IMG/VR virus record: IMGVR_UViG_3300032295_002297
Length of the DNA stretch: 20,000 nucleotides
Strand: one strand, 5' to 3'
Origin: an uncultured virus (IMG/VR IMGVR_UViG_3300032295_002297)
Taxonomy: Duplodnaviria > Heunggongvirae > Uroviricota > Caudoviricetes
Position numbers and translations under genes: made by a program
In this document: positions 9,019-17,872 of the stretch, in pieces
Position numbering within the stretch: position 1 is the first letter of the stretch
Layout of the letters: the number at the start of each line of letters is the position of its first letter
The notes under the pieces: generated by a model
Databases searched by the model: none
The model's input: the letters and a program-made list of their open reading frames with translations, nothing else
What the model was told of the DNA's origin: nothing

Positions 9019-9077
9019 TGTGTATTTTGTTTGGAAGTACACGGAATTAAAATATAATAACAAATATATAAATAACA

Positions 9078-11396
9078 ATGGCAGAAAGAATCGTATCACC
9101 TGGTGTTTTTACAAGAGAAAATGACCTATCCTTCTTAGCGCAAGGAGTTGGTGAAATTGGAGCAGCATTTATTGGACCTTTTAAGCAAGGACCGGCATTT
9201 ATTCCAACAATCGTAAGAACTCAATCAGAATTCGAAGATATCTTCGGAACACCCGATGGAACATATTACACAGAATATGCAGTTCAAAACTATTTAAGAG
9301 AAGCGGGAACGGCCACCATCGTAAGAGTTGGTGGTATTGGTGGTTATAGACAACCACAACCTTTCGCTTTGAGAATTACTGGTTCGGCAACTAACACAGG
9401 AATTGATGGTAGAATATTTGCAGTATTATTCGCTACGGGTTCTAACAATCAAACTACAGGATTCACAGGATCTATTTCAGCAAGCCAACTATCTGATAGT
9501 TCATCTTTTGAAATAAACAACGCGGGTATAATGGGAAGCTCTTATACATTAAATTTATTACCAACATCAACAAATGATGTTAGTGATGTATTTGGTGAAT
9601 CTCCATTTGGAACTAAAGCACCATATACTTACGCATATTTTGAAAACTACGCAGCAACATTAAGTGGGGCGGATTATGGTATTCAAAGAGTTACTATCCC
9701 AACACAAGATTTCAGATACGATATTACACACGCTTCAACACCTTGGGTTCAATCTCAAACAGGAAGTGCACAAGACCCGGCAAGCGATTTATTCCGTTTC
9801 CACACAATTGGTGATGGAACAATCTATAACACAAAATACAAAATCGGTATTTCTGGTGTTAAAGCAGCTGGTGAAGATGGTTCAACTGATTATTCTGTAT
9901 TCACTGTAACTGTAAGAGCATTTAGTGATAGTGATAGAAGAAAGGTAGTTTTAGAAACATTTAACAATGTAAACTTAGACCCTGCTTCTCCAAACTTTAT
10001 AGCTAGAGTAATTGGTGATAGAAATGTAACTATTGATTCTGATGGTAAAATTACTGAAAATGGTGATTATTCAAATAAATCAAAATATATTAGAGTTGAA
10101 GTAAAAGAGCAAGGCACGTATCCAATATCAGCAATGCCATTTGGACACTCAGCATATTATTCTCCAATTGATGATGGACAAAATGGTGCATTATTACCAG
10201 GTGTTCAATATTCAACCGGTTCTAAAGATAACACAACATCTTCAACTATTAAATTTAGTGGTTTAGATTTAGAATCTACATCATACAAAATTGATAACGC
10301 TCAATTCTTAAAACCAATACCTACTGGAGTAACCGGAAGAACTTCAAACGCATTTTCATTTAACAATTCACCATTCAGCTATGTTCCAACAGGTTCAGCA
10401 GCGGTGGATATGGCTAAGAGACAAATGATTTTATATTTCCAAGAAGGTTTTGATGGATTAAATCCAATTATTAAGCCAGCATTAGGAACAGGTATTTCAG
10501 CGGCTAACGCACAAGGACTTGATTGTTCAACTTCAATAGCAAGTGGTTCGGTGGGATACGCTAAAGCAATCGCAGCGGTATCTAACCCTGATGAATATGA
10601 TATTAACATGGTAGTAACTCCAGGTATCGTTAGAAGATTACACTCTAATGTAACTGATAGAGTTATTGATATGGTAGAAGCTAGACAAGATGCATTCTAC
10701 ATCGCTGATTTCAACGGAGCAGGTGATACAATCACACAAGCAACTGATGAAGCATCTTTAGTAGATTCAAACTATGTTGGAACTTACTATCCTTGGGTTA
10801 AGACTATCGATGGTAACACAAACAAATTAACTTCAGTTCCTCCATCAACTTTATTACCAGCAGTATTTGCAGCTAACGATAGATTGGCAGCAGAGTGGTT
10901 CGCACCAGCAGGTTTAAATAGAGGTGGTATTACGGGAGCAGTTTCAGTATTGAATAGATTAACACACTCTGAAAGAGATACTTTATACGAAGCAAAAGTA
11001 AACCCAATCGCTGTATTCCCTGGACAAGGTATTGTAGCATACGGACAAAAAACATTGCAAGATAGAGCATCGGCATTGGATAGAATCAACGTAAGAAGAT
11101 TACTTATCACTGTTAAGAAGTTCGTAGCATCTACATCTCGTTTCTTAGTATTCGAACAAAATACTTCAGAGACTAGAACTAGATTCTTAAACACTGTTAA
11201 CCCTTACTTTGAAGCAATTCAACAAAGACAAGGACTTTACGCATTCAATGTGGTAATGGATGAATCTAACAACACACCTGATGTTATCGATAGAAACATT
11301 ATGGCTGGACAGATTTTCTTACAACCAACAAAGACTGCAGAATTTATAGTTATTGATTTCAACATCTTACCAACTGGAGCAACATTCAGCGCATAA
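9078..11396 (+). CDS. Contractile tail sheath protein (T4 gp18-like)
   Basis: N-terminal SPGVFTRENDLS and GPFKQGP; C-terminal YYPWVK, VPPS, WFAPAGLNRG, LYEAKVNPI, GQKTLQ..SALDRINVRRLL, FEQN and PTKTAEFIVIDF. Confidence 0.97.
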   Translation: MAERIVSPGVFTRENDLSFLAQGVGEIGAAFIGPFKQGPAFIPTIVRTQSEFEDIFGTPDGTYYTEYAVQNYLREAGTATIVRVGGIGGYRQPQPFALRITGSATNTGIDGRIFAVLFATGSNNQTTGFTGSISASQLSDSSSFEINNAGIMGSSYTLNLLPTSTNDVSDVFGESPFGTKAPYTYAYFENYAATLSGADYGIQRVTIPTQDFRYDITHASTPWVQSQTGSAQDPASDLFRFHTIGDGTIYNTKYKIGISGVKAAGEDGSTDYSVFTVTVRAFSDSDRRKVVLETFNNVNLDPASPNFIARVIGDRNVTIDSDGKITENGDYSNKSKYIRVEVKEQGTYPISAMPFGHSAYYSPIDDGQNGALLPGVQYSTGSKDNTTSSTIKFSGLDLESTSYKIDNAQFLKPIPTGVTGRTSNAFSFNNSPFSYVPTGSAAVDMAKRQMILYFQEGFDGLNPIIKPALGTGISAANAQGLDCSTSIASGSVGYAKAIAAVSNPDEYDINMVVTPGIVRRLHSNVTDRVIDMVEARQDAFYIADFNGAGDTITQATDEASLVDSNYVGTYYPWVKTIDGNTNKLTSVPPSTLLPAVFAANDRLAAEWFAPAGLNRGGITGAVSVLNRLTHSERDTLYEAKVNPIAVFPGQGIVAYGQKTLQDRASALDRINVRRLLITVKKFVASTSRFLVFEQNTSETRTRFLNTVNPYFEAIQQRQGLYAFNVVMDESNNTPDVIDRNIMAGQIFLQPTKTAEFIVIDFNILPTGATFSA

Positions 11397-11419
11397 GATA
11401 CTGAAAAAATAATTAGAGT

Positions 11420-11428
11420 ATATTTATT
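11420..11428 (+). promoter_or_regulatory. ATATTTATT motif, copy 3 (variant)
   Basis: Intergenic, 26 nt before the tube ATG. Confidence 0.5.
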
Positions 11429-11454
11429 ATTAATAAAACAGATAAAGAAATAAA

Positions 11455-11943
11455 ATGGCAGAAGTATTAGAGTTTGATAAGATGTTCTATACGAACTTCG
11501 AACCGAAGATGAAGAATAGATACGTGATGGAAATCGATGGTATCCCTTCTTACTTAGTAAAAGCAGCAGCTCGACCTTCAATTCAATTTGAAACTATTGT
11601 GTTAGATCACATCAACATCAAAAGAAAATTACAAGGCAAGGGAGATTGGCAAGATATAAATATCACATTATACGATCCAATTGTTCCATCAGGAGCACAA
11701 TCGGTAATGGAATGGGTTCGTTTAGGACACGAATCTATTACTGGTAGAAGAGGCTACGCTGACTTCTATAAGAAAGATATTACTTTCTATATGTTAGGAC
11801 CTGTGGGTGATAAAATTGAACAATGGACTATTAAAGGTGCATTTATTCAATCCGCTAACTTTGGTGATTTATCGTTTGATTCTAATGAACCTGCAACAAT
11901 TGAATTAACTTTATCTTACGATTACGCAATCTTAGAATTCTAA
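11455..11943 (+). CDS. Tail tube protein (T4 gp19-like)
   Basis: 162 aa directly after the sheath, with EPKMKNRY, WQDINITLYDPI, YKKDITFYMLGPVGDKIEQWTIKGAF and IELTLSYDYA. Confidence 0.93.
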   Translation: MAEVLEFDKMFYTNFEPKMKNRYVMEIDGIPSYLVKAAARPSIQFETIVLDHINIKRKLQGKGDWQDINITLYDPIVPSGAQSVMEWVRLGHESITGRRGYADFYKKDITFYMLGPVGDKIEQWTIKGAFIQSANFGDLSFDSNEPATIELTLSYDYAILEF

Positions 11944-11973
11944 AAATATTCCTTACGGAAGCTACCGAAGGAC

Positions 11974-12003
11974 AACCCTCATCAGAAATGGTGGGGGTTT
12001 TTT
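11974..12003 (+). terminator. Intrinsic terminator after the tube gene
   Basis: 11-bp stem AACCCTCATCA / TGGTGGGGGTT (two G-U pairs) with a GAAA tetraloop, followed by a T run. Confidence 0.85.
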
Positions 12004-12026
12004 ATTTCTAATTTTTTTAAAAACAT

Positions 12027-12035
12027 ATATTTATA
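12027..12035 (+). promoter_or_regulatory. ATATTTATA motif, copy 4
   Basis: Just downstream of the terminator and 22 nt before the ATG at 12058. Confidence 0.6.
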
Positions 12036-12057
12036 TATAAACAAATACATACAAGTT

Positions 12058-12813
12058 ATGACAGAACAAACATACGATTTTCCAACCGAAGTGTTGGATT
12101 TACCATCAAAAGGATTGGTTTACCCAAAAGAACATCCATTGGCATCAGGTAGAATTACAATAAAGTATATGACTGCAAAAGAGGAAGATATCCTATCCAG
12201 CCAAAACCTTATCAAAAAAGGTATTGTATTGGATAAGTTGTTTGAATCTATCATTGTGGATAAAATCGATGCTAAAGATATTGTAATTGGTGACAAGAAC
12301 GCTATTATTTTAGCAACTCGTTTATTGGGATACGGGCCTGATTATTCAATGAAATTTTATTCAAGTGTAACGGGTGATAGTATTCAAACTGTAGTTGATT
12401 TATCTAAGGTTCAAACAAAAGAAGTTGATTTTTCTTTATTTAAAAACAAAAATGAGTTTGAATTCACTACTCCATTGGGAAAGAATAAATTAACTTTTAA
12501 GTTATTGACACATGGTGATGAATTGGCAGTAGAAAAGGATATCCAAGCTCTTGAAAAATTAAATAAAGATGGTTCTTTTGAAATTACTACAAGATTGAGA
12601 TATATGATTAAATCAGTAGATGGTAATTCTGATATATCTGCAATTAACAAGTATATTACTGGAATGTTGGCTAGAGATAGTAAAGCACTAAGGGATTATG
12701 TAAAGAATATATCTCCTGATATGGATATGACCTTTGAATATACCCATCAAACGGGAGAGGTGGAGGCTCTACCCATCACAATGGGAGTAAACTTTTTTTG
12801 GCCTACCGAGTAA
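12058..12813 (+). CDS. Baseplate hub/tail assembly chaperone (T4 gp26-like)
   Basis: LDLPSKGLVYP, IKYMTAKEEDIL, IVIGDKNAIILATR..GYG and MLARDSKALRDYV; ends NFFWPTE. Lies between the tube and tape measure genes. Confidence 0.8.
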   Translation: MTEQTYDFPTEVLDLPSKGLVYPKEHPLASGRITIKYMTAKEEDILSSQNLIKKGIVLDKLFESIIVDKIDAKDIVIGDKNAIILATRLLGYGPDYSMKFYSSVTGDSIQTVVDLSKVQTKEVDFSLFKNKNEFEFTTPLGKNKLTFKLLTHGDELAVEKDIQALEKLNKDGSFEITTRLRYMIKSVDGNSDISAINKYITGMLARDSKALRDYVKNISPDMDMTFEYTHQTGEVEALPITMGVNFFWPTE

Positions 12814-13015
12814 TCACACAATAAACATTCACACTCAGATATTTGAGATGTGCAACTATGGAAATGGGTTTAATGTTATGGATTTATACCATATGCCGGT
12901 TCATTTAAGGAATTTTTACTATAGAAAATTAGTAGAAGCTAAAGAAAAGGAAAATGAACAAATTAAAAAATCCAAATCATCACCAAATTCATCTAAAGTT
13001 AGGATTAAAAGATAA
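12791..13015 (+). CDS. Overlapping +1 frame absent from the ORF track; probable frameshift extension of the chaperone (gp51/gpT-like)
   Basis: The frame opens after TAA 12788-12790 and reads TFFGLPSNHTINIHTQIFEMCNYGNGFNVMDLYHMPVHLRNFYYRKLVEAKEKENEQIKKSKSSPNSSKVRIKR to TAA 13013-13015. Its first ATG is at 12848 (55 aa). Confidence 0.75.
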   Translation, partial: TFFGLPSNHTINIHTQIFEMCNYGNGFNVMDLYHMPVHLRNFYYRKLVEAKEKENEQIKKSKSSPNSSKVRIKR

Positions 13016-13031
13016 TCCTAACTTTTTTTTT
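12995..13031 (+). terminator. Intrinsic terminator overlapping the stop of the +1 frame
   Basis: Perfect 13-bp inverted repeat AAAGTTAGGATTA / TAATCCTAACTTT with a 5-nt loop, running into a T9 tract. Confidence 0.85.
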
Positions 13032-13036
13032 AACCT

Positions 13037-13045
13037 ATATTTATA
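13037..13045 (+). promoter_or_regulatory. ATATTTATA motif, copy 5
   Basis: Immediately after the terminator and 23 nt before the ATG at 13069. Confidence 0.6.
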
Positions 13046-13068
13046 CTATATTAATAGAAACATTTATT

Positions 13069-13305
13069 ATGAAAAAAACTAAAAAATTAGAACAAAAATC
13101 ATACATTAAGGAGTTTTTTGGTCTATTTGGGAAGAAAAAATCGGAAAGAAAGAAAGATATAAATGATTTAATTGATAATGATCCTATTCTTAAGAAATTG
13201 GATGCTGAAATCAATGATATAAACTCAAAAGCCGAAGATAGATTGGAAAAAATAGCAACATCAGATCAAATGGCTATATTGAGAAAATATGGGGTTATTA
13301 AATAA
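13069..13305 (+). CDS. Small hypothetical helical protein upstream of the tape measure gene
   Basis: 78-aa ORF with its own upstream motif, ending 10 nt before the next ATG. Confidence 0.7.
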   Translation: MKKTKKLEQKSYIKEFFGLFGKKKSERKKDINDLIDNDPILKKLDAEINDINSKAEDRLEKIATSDQMAILRKYGVIK

Positions 13306-13315
13306 AAAATAATTA

Positions 13316-15685
13316 ATGGCTGATACTAAAGGTGCAAATTTAAAAGAAGCTCTAGCGGCTGAAAAGGAAATTCTTAGATTAGAAACTGAGATAGATCAAC
13401 TTGCCGAGAAAAAAGGTAAAAGAGCAGAAAAACAATTAGCCACTGCTCAAAAAGATCTTGCCACAAAAAAAGCAGTTTTAGCTAATAGTAAAGCATACTC
13501 CGAATATCAAAAAAAGATAAATAAAGATACCGAAGCATTTGGTAAATCTTGGACAAAGCTAAGTAGTGCAGTTCAAAAAAACTTAGGCGGAACTAACAGA
13601 AATGCAACAGTATATTCATCTATAAGCACTAAAATAATAGCATTAGAAGCAAAACAAGCCGGATTGACTGGTGATGAATTGGATGCCAATATGGAAATGG
13701 TTTCCAGATTAAGAGAACAAGGTGATAGTTTATTACAACAGGCCAAAACAACAGCAACGGCTGAAGCTAAAGCTAGGGGTATGAATGATATCGCAATAAA
13801 AAGAAAGGAGTTAGAAGAAGAAATAACTAAAGCTAAAGAAGAGGGTAATGAGGAATTAAGAGAAGCTTTAGAATTAGAAAAGGAAGCGTTAGAACTTAAA
13901 GAAAAATTAGAGAAAAAAGAAAATAGATTATCATCTATAGCCGAATCTCAGAAAGATATAATGGATGCGTTGCCAGATGGTCTTAAAAATGGTATAGGAT
14001 TTGCGCAAAAATTAGGAACTACTATGCAAACCGCAGGAGCAGCGGCTGCAGGTTTTATGTTATTAGCAACTGTTGTAGTGGCAACATTATCTAGTTTTAC
14101 CAAATTGGATGAAGCTGCTGGTGAATTTGCAGAAAAAACAGGAAAAACCAATACCCAAATGCAGGGTATTCGATCCGATGCCAATGAAATAGTTGGAGAA
14201 TTTGGAGATTTGGGTATAGAAGCAAAGAATGTATTTGATACCGCAGCAGCGTTATCATCAGAATTTAGTGATATAGCATCTTTTTCAAAAGAAACAACAG
14301 CAGCTCTAACTGTATTAAGTGCAAACTTTGGAGTATCAGCTGAAGCAGCTGCAAAAGTTCAATCTCAATTTGAAGCAATAGGTGGATTATCATCCGAAAC
14401 TGCAGCAAATGTTCAATTACAGGTGGCAAATATGGCAAATCTTGCCGGAGTTGCACCTGCAAAAGTATTTGAAGATATAGCAGAAAACGCAGAAGCAACC
14501 TCAACATTTTTCAAAGGGGATTTAACTGCATTAACCCAAAACGCTATTCAGGCTAGAAGAATGGGAACTTCTCTTAAAGAGCAAGTTGCTTTAGCTGAAA
14601 AACTTTTGGATTTTGAAAGTGGTATTGAGGAAGAATTAGTAGCAGCAACATTTGTAGGTGGTCAATTCAACTTAGGTAGAGCTAGGGCATTGGCAATGGA
14701 AGGAAAACTTGCTGAAGCAAATGAAGAAACCCTAAAACAAATTCAAAGAAGTGGTGATTTCCGAAAGCAAGATTACTTTACACAACAACAATTAGCCAAA
14801 GCGGCTGGTATGAGTGTTGAAGAAATAAACAAACAATTAAATGCTCAAGATAAACTTAATAGTTTAACTGCCGAACAAAAGAAAGCAGCAGAAGATGCTA
14901 TCAGTAAAGGATTAGATATTACAAATATAAATGCAGACCAATTAGCACAAGAAACTGAAAAGTTTTCTAAACAACAAGAACAACAACAACAATTAGAACA
15001 ATTAAATAATGCTTTTACTGGGATAGCATCTACAGTTGGAACTGTTCTTACTCCATTATTATCGGCATTGATACCTATTATGAAATTAATATTATTTCCT
15101 GTTCAATTGATAGCCGAAGGTTTTAAATTTTTAGGTGAAAATTTAGCAATAGCTATTCCATTGGCTGGAGCATTGGCAATTGCATTTGCGCCAGCAATTA
15201 TAGCAGCTATTAGTACGGCAATTGGATTTATTATGAGTTCATTTGCAATGATACCATTTGGTATTGGTATTCCATTGGGTATTCTGGCAGTTGCTGGATT
15301 ATTTAGTATGATATCAAAAGCTAAAGCAGTTGGTGATATGTATTCACCTGCGGATGGTAGAACTCAAATATCAACCAAAGAAGGTGGATTATTTGAATTA
15401 TCACCAAATGATGACTTAGTAGCGGCACCTGGAGCAGCAGCTGCTTTGGAACAAGCGGGAAATATGGATGGCGGTGCAACTACATTAGTTGATAGTAAAT
15501 CATCTCCTAATTTAGCAGCACTATCGGCACCACTTAATGCAATGATTAATGAAATAAAAGCTCTAAGAGCGGACTTAAATAGTGGAAAAATAGCAGTTTA
15601 TATGGATACTGCAAAAGTTACGGCAAATATCTCAACAAATGTTGACCAAGGAACGAGAAATTCATATAATTTAGGTTCAGCTTAA
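13316..15685 (+). CDS. Tail tape measure protein
   Basis: 789 aa, Ala/Glu/Gln-rich and helical, with an N-terminal coiled coil and hydrophobic Gly/Ala segments near the C-terminus. Positioned after the tube and chaperone genes. Confidence 0.85.
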   Translation: MADTKGANLKEALAAEKEILRLETEIDQLAEKKGKRAEKQLATAQKDLATKKAVLANSKAYSEYQKKINKDTEAFGKSWTKLSSAVQKNLGGTNRNATVYSSISTKIIALEAKQAGLTGDELDANMEMVSRLREQGDSLLQQAKTTATAEAKARGMNDIAIKRKELEEEITKAKEEGNEELREALELEKEALELKEKLEKKENRLSSIAESQKDIMDALPDGLKNGIGFAQKLGTTMQTAGAAAAGFMLLATVVVATLSSFTKLDEAAGEFAEKTGKTNTQMQGIRSDANEIVGEFGDLGIEAKNVFDTAAALSSEFSDIASFSKETTAALTVLSANFGVSAEAAAKVQSQFEAIGGLSSETAANVQLQVANMANLAGVAPAKVFEDIAENAEATSTFFKGDLTALTQNAIQARRMGTSLKEQVALAEKLLDFESGIEEELVAATFVGGQFNLGRARALAMEGKLAEANEETLKQIQRSGDFRKQDYFTQQQLAKAAGMSVEEINKQLNAQDKLNSLTAEQKKAAEDAISKGLDITNINADQLAQETEKFSKQQEQQQQLEQLNNAFTGIASTVGTVLTPLLSALIPIMKLILFPVQLIAEGFKFLGENLAIAIPLAGALAIAFAPAIIAAISTAIGFIMSSFAMIPFGIGIPLGILAVAGLFSMISKAKAVGDMYSPADGRTQISTKEGGLFELSPNDDLVAAPGAAAALEQAGNMDGGATTLVDSKSSPNLAALSAPLNAMINEIKALRADLNSGKIAVYMDTAKVTANISTNVDQGTRNSYNLGSA

Positions 15686-15697
15686 ATAAATTAAAAG

Positions 15698-17569
15698 ATG
15701 CCATCAATAATAGAACTTTTTGAATCAAAAAAATTAAATAGTGGACAGACTGCAAAACAGCAGTATGATATCCAAAATTTAAAACCAATTCCTATTAAAA
15801 CTAATTCGGGTGCAATTGATTTATTTGCTACTCCTGTTAATATATTAAGAAGAAATTTGGGTTCTAGATTAAGAGAAACTAGACTTGAAGAAGAAGCATT
15901 GGGTATAAGACGTATTAGGGCATTCGCATCTCCTATATTATACGGAACGGCAATAGCTAAACTTAAATTGAAACAATCATCATCAGTGGTAACGATGAAG
16001 AACGCCTCAAGCACTTTAATTAGCACTGATGGGCAGTTGAGTGGTATAGTTAATAAATTGGTTGATAAAGCAAAGGAAGTTGGTAAAAGTATATTATCAA
16101 AATTAGGAATACAACTCCCAGAAGCTCAATTACCAACAAGAGTTGCTAGTAAAATTAATGCACAATTATTATTAAGAGGAGGACCTATTTCTCCTGATAA
16201 ACTAAAACAAATACAACAGGCTTCTCAAGGTAATGGTGCCGGTAGAATACTAGCATCAATTGGACAGGGAGCTACTGGAGAACAAATAAAAAACCAAGTA
16301 TTAGGAGCGGGTATTAATGCGGCTAAAAAGGCAGCAACTAAAGCACTATTTGGAGCAGTTGATAGAGTAGCTAAAACATTCAAATCGGCACAGGGTAGTG
16401 GAACGGTATCTATTAGACCTGCAGATGTATCTTATAAGAGTAAAAACAAATATAGTAAAATTCTTAAAATAAGAAATAGACAAGATGGTGCTATTGATGA
16501 TTTTGGTAATTATACATCTTTAAAAGGGTTACAAGATTATATTAGTAAACCTTTTAGTATTGGTGGTGGTCTTTTGGGAATGTTAGCGGGACTTACACAA
16601 CCTGAAGGATTATTTTTAATGAATAAATCCGTTAATGATGCAAGAAATTTTGCAAATCCAAATGCATCTGTATTTCCTCAATTTCCTGAATTTAGTTTAG
16701 CAACGATAACGCAAAATATACCAAATCAGAGAGATGTAAAAAAACCAACTTATTCTAAAAGTGATGCGGTTAAAGGATTTTTAATTGATAATGTTAATAA
16801 AACTAAATTTAACACTAAAAAAGATTTAGTAAATATATCAAAACCATGGTATAGTGAGACAGGAAATCCTGATAAATTTCCAGATGGAACAACTATCGAT
16901 GATTATGATTTTATTCCTTTACGATTCTATTCATTAAATAAAAAAACAGGAATATCATTTAAAGCAACTATAAGTGGACTAAATGAAAGTATATCACCAT
17001 CGTGGGATACTAATAGATTTTTAGGAAATCCATATAATTTTTATACATATAATTCGGTAGAAAGGAGTGTATCTTTTAGTTTTAAAGTTTATTCATTGAA
17101 TCAACAAGAGCATATATCTTGTTGGCAAAAATTAAACTTTTTAGCGGGATTAGCATATCCCCAAACATCAGTAGCTTTAATCTATACAGTTCCACCTTTT
17201 ATGAAATTTACATTAGGTGATATGTATAAAAACAAAGAATGTTTTATTGAATCATTATCATTTGAAGTAGATGATAATACACCTTGGGAAATCGGATTAA
17301 GTGCAATAAAAAAAGGGAATAGAGTTGGTGAAGTTAATGAAAAGGGAATTGCTTCAAATTATAAATTACCAACTATAGTAAATGTTAATATGACAATTAA
17401 ATTTATAGAAACCCAAGGAACTATAGCGGGCAAGCGATTGTATGGATATGGTAGTATTTTTGGTTTAGAAGAAGATAACTATGGAATTGGAGTAGATGGT
17501 GCAGCTAAAAAATTAGAACCAACTGCTAAACAAAAAAATAGTTATATTGAAGATTTTAAAAAATTATAA
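15698..17569 (+). CDS. Baseplate/tail-tube initiator-like protein with a C-terminal tube-fold domain (gp48/gp54-like)
   Basis: C-terminal FKATISGLNESISPSW..RFLGNPYNFYTYNSVERSVSFSFKV...PPFMKFTLGDMY..CFIESLSFEVDDNTPWEI...LPTIVNVNMTIKFI. Lies between the tape measure and LysM-like genes. Confidence 0.6.
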   Translation: MPSIIELFESKKLNSGQTAKQQYDIQNLKPIPIKTNSGAIDLFATPVNILRRNLGSRLRETRLEEEALGIRRIRAFASPILYGTAIAKLKLKQSSSVVTMKNASSTLISTDGQLSGIVNKLVDKAKEVGKSILSKLGIQLPEAQLPTRVASKINAQLLLRGGPISPDKLKQIQQASQGNGAGRILASIGQGATGEQIKNQVLGAGINAAKKAATKALFGAVDRVAKTFKSAQGSGTVSIRPADVSYKSKNKYSKILKIRNRQDGAIDDFGNYTSLKGLQDYISKPFSIGGGLLGMLAGLTQPEGLFLMNKSVNDARNFANPNASVFPQFPEFSLATITQNIPNQRDVKKPTYSKSDAVKGFLIDNVNKTKFNTKKDLVNISKPWYSETGNPDKFPDGTTIDDYDFIPLRFYSLNKKTGISFKATISGLNESISPSWDTNRFLGNPYNFYTYNSVERSVSFSFKVYSLNQQEHISCWQKLNFLAGLAYPQTSVALIYTVPPFMKFTLGDMYKNKECFIESLSFEVDDNTPWEIGLSAIKKGNRVGEVNEKGIASNYKLPTIVNVNMTIKFIETQGTIAGKRLYGYGSIFGLEEDNYGIGVDGAAKKLEPTAKQKNSYIEDFKKL

Positions 17570-17573
17570 ATAA

Positions 17574-17867
17574 ATGGATAGTAGATATAAATCATCTCAA
17601 ACTAAAAAAACTTTTGATGGTAAATTAGTATATAGACCAAAAATATACCCTAACATACCATTAAGAGATGATGACATATATGTAGCTACTGAAACCGGAG
17701 ATCGTTTAGATACACTTGCGTATGATTTCTATGGTGATTCTAAAATGTGGTGGATAATAGCATCTGCAAATAATATACATGATGCTGTTTTTGGATTTGA
17801 AGATGGGACTATATTAAGAATACCTCAAAATTATATTGAAATATTTAATTCATTTACTAAAGAATAA
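17574..17867 (+). CDS. LysM-like baseplate protein (P2 gpX / T4 gp53-like)
   Basis: 97 aa with GDRLDTLAYDFYGDSKMWWIIASANNI...GTILRIP. Confidence 0.85.
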   Translation: MDSRYKSSQTKKTFDGKLVYRPKIYPNIPLRDDDIYVATETGDRLDTLAYDFYGDSKMWWIIASANNIHDAVFGFEDGTILRIPQNYIEIFNSFTKE

Positions 17868-17872
17868 GTTAT

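Noticed and set aside
13114..13125. TTTTTTGGTCTA resembling the slippery-site context TTTTTTGGCCTA
   Set aside because: It has only six T, read in frame as Phe-Phe-Gly-Leu, and I found no evidence for an alternative product.
14970..15002. CAA-rich repeat
   Set aside because: It simply encodes a Gln-rich helical stretch of the tape measure protein.
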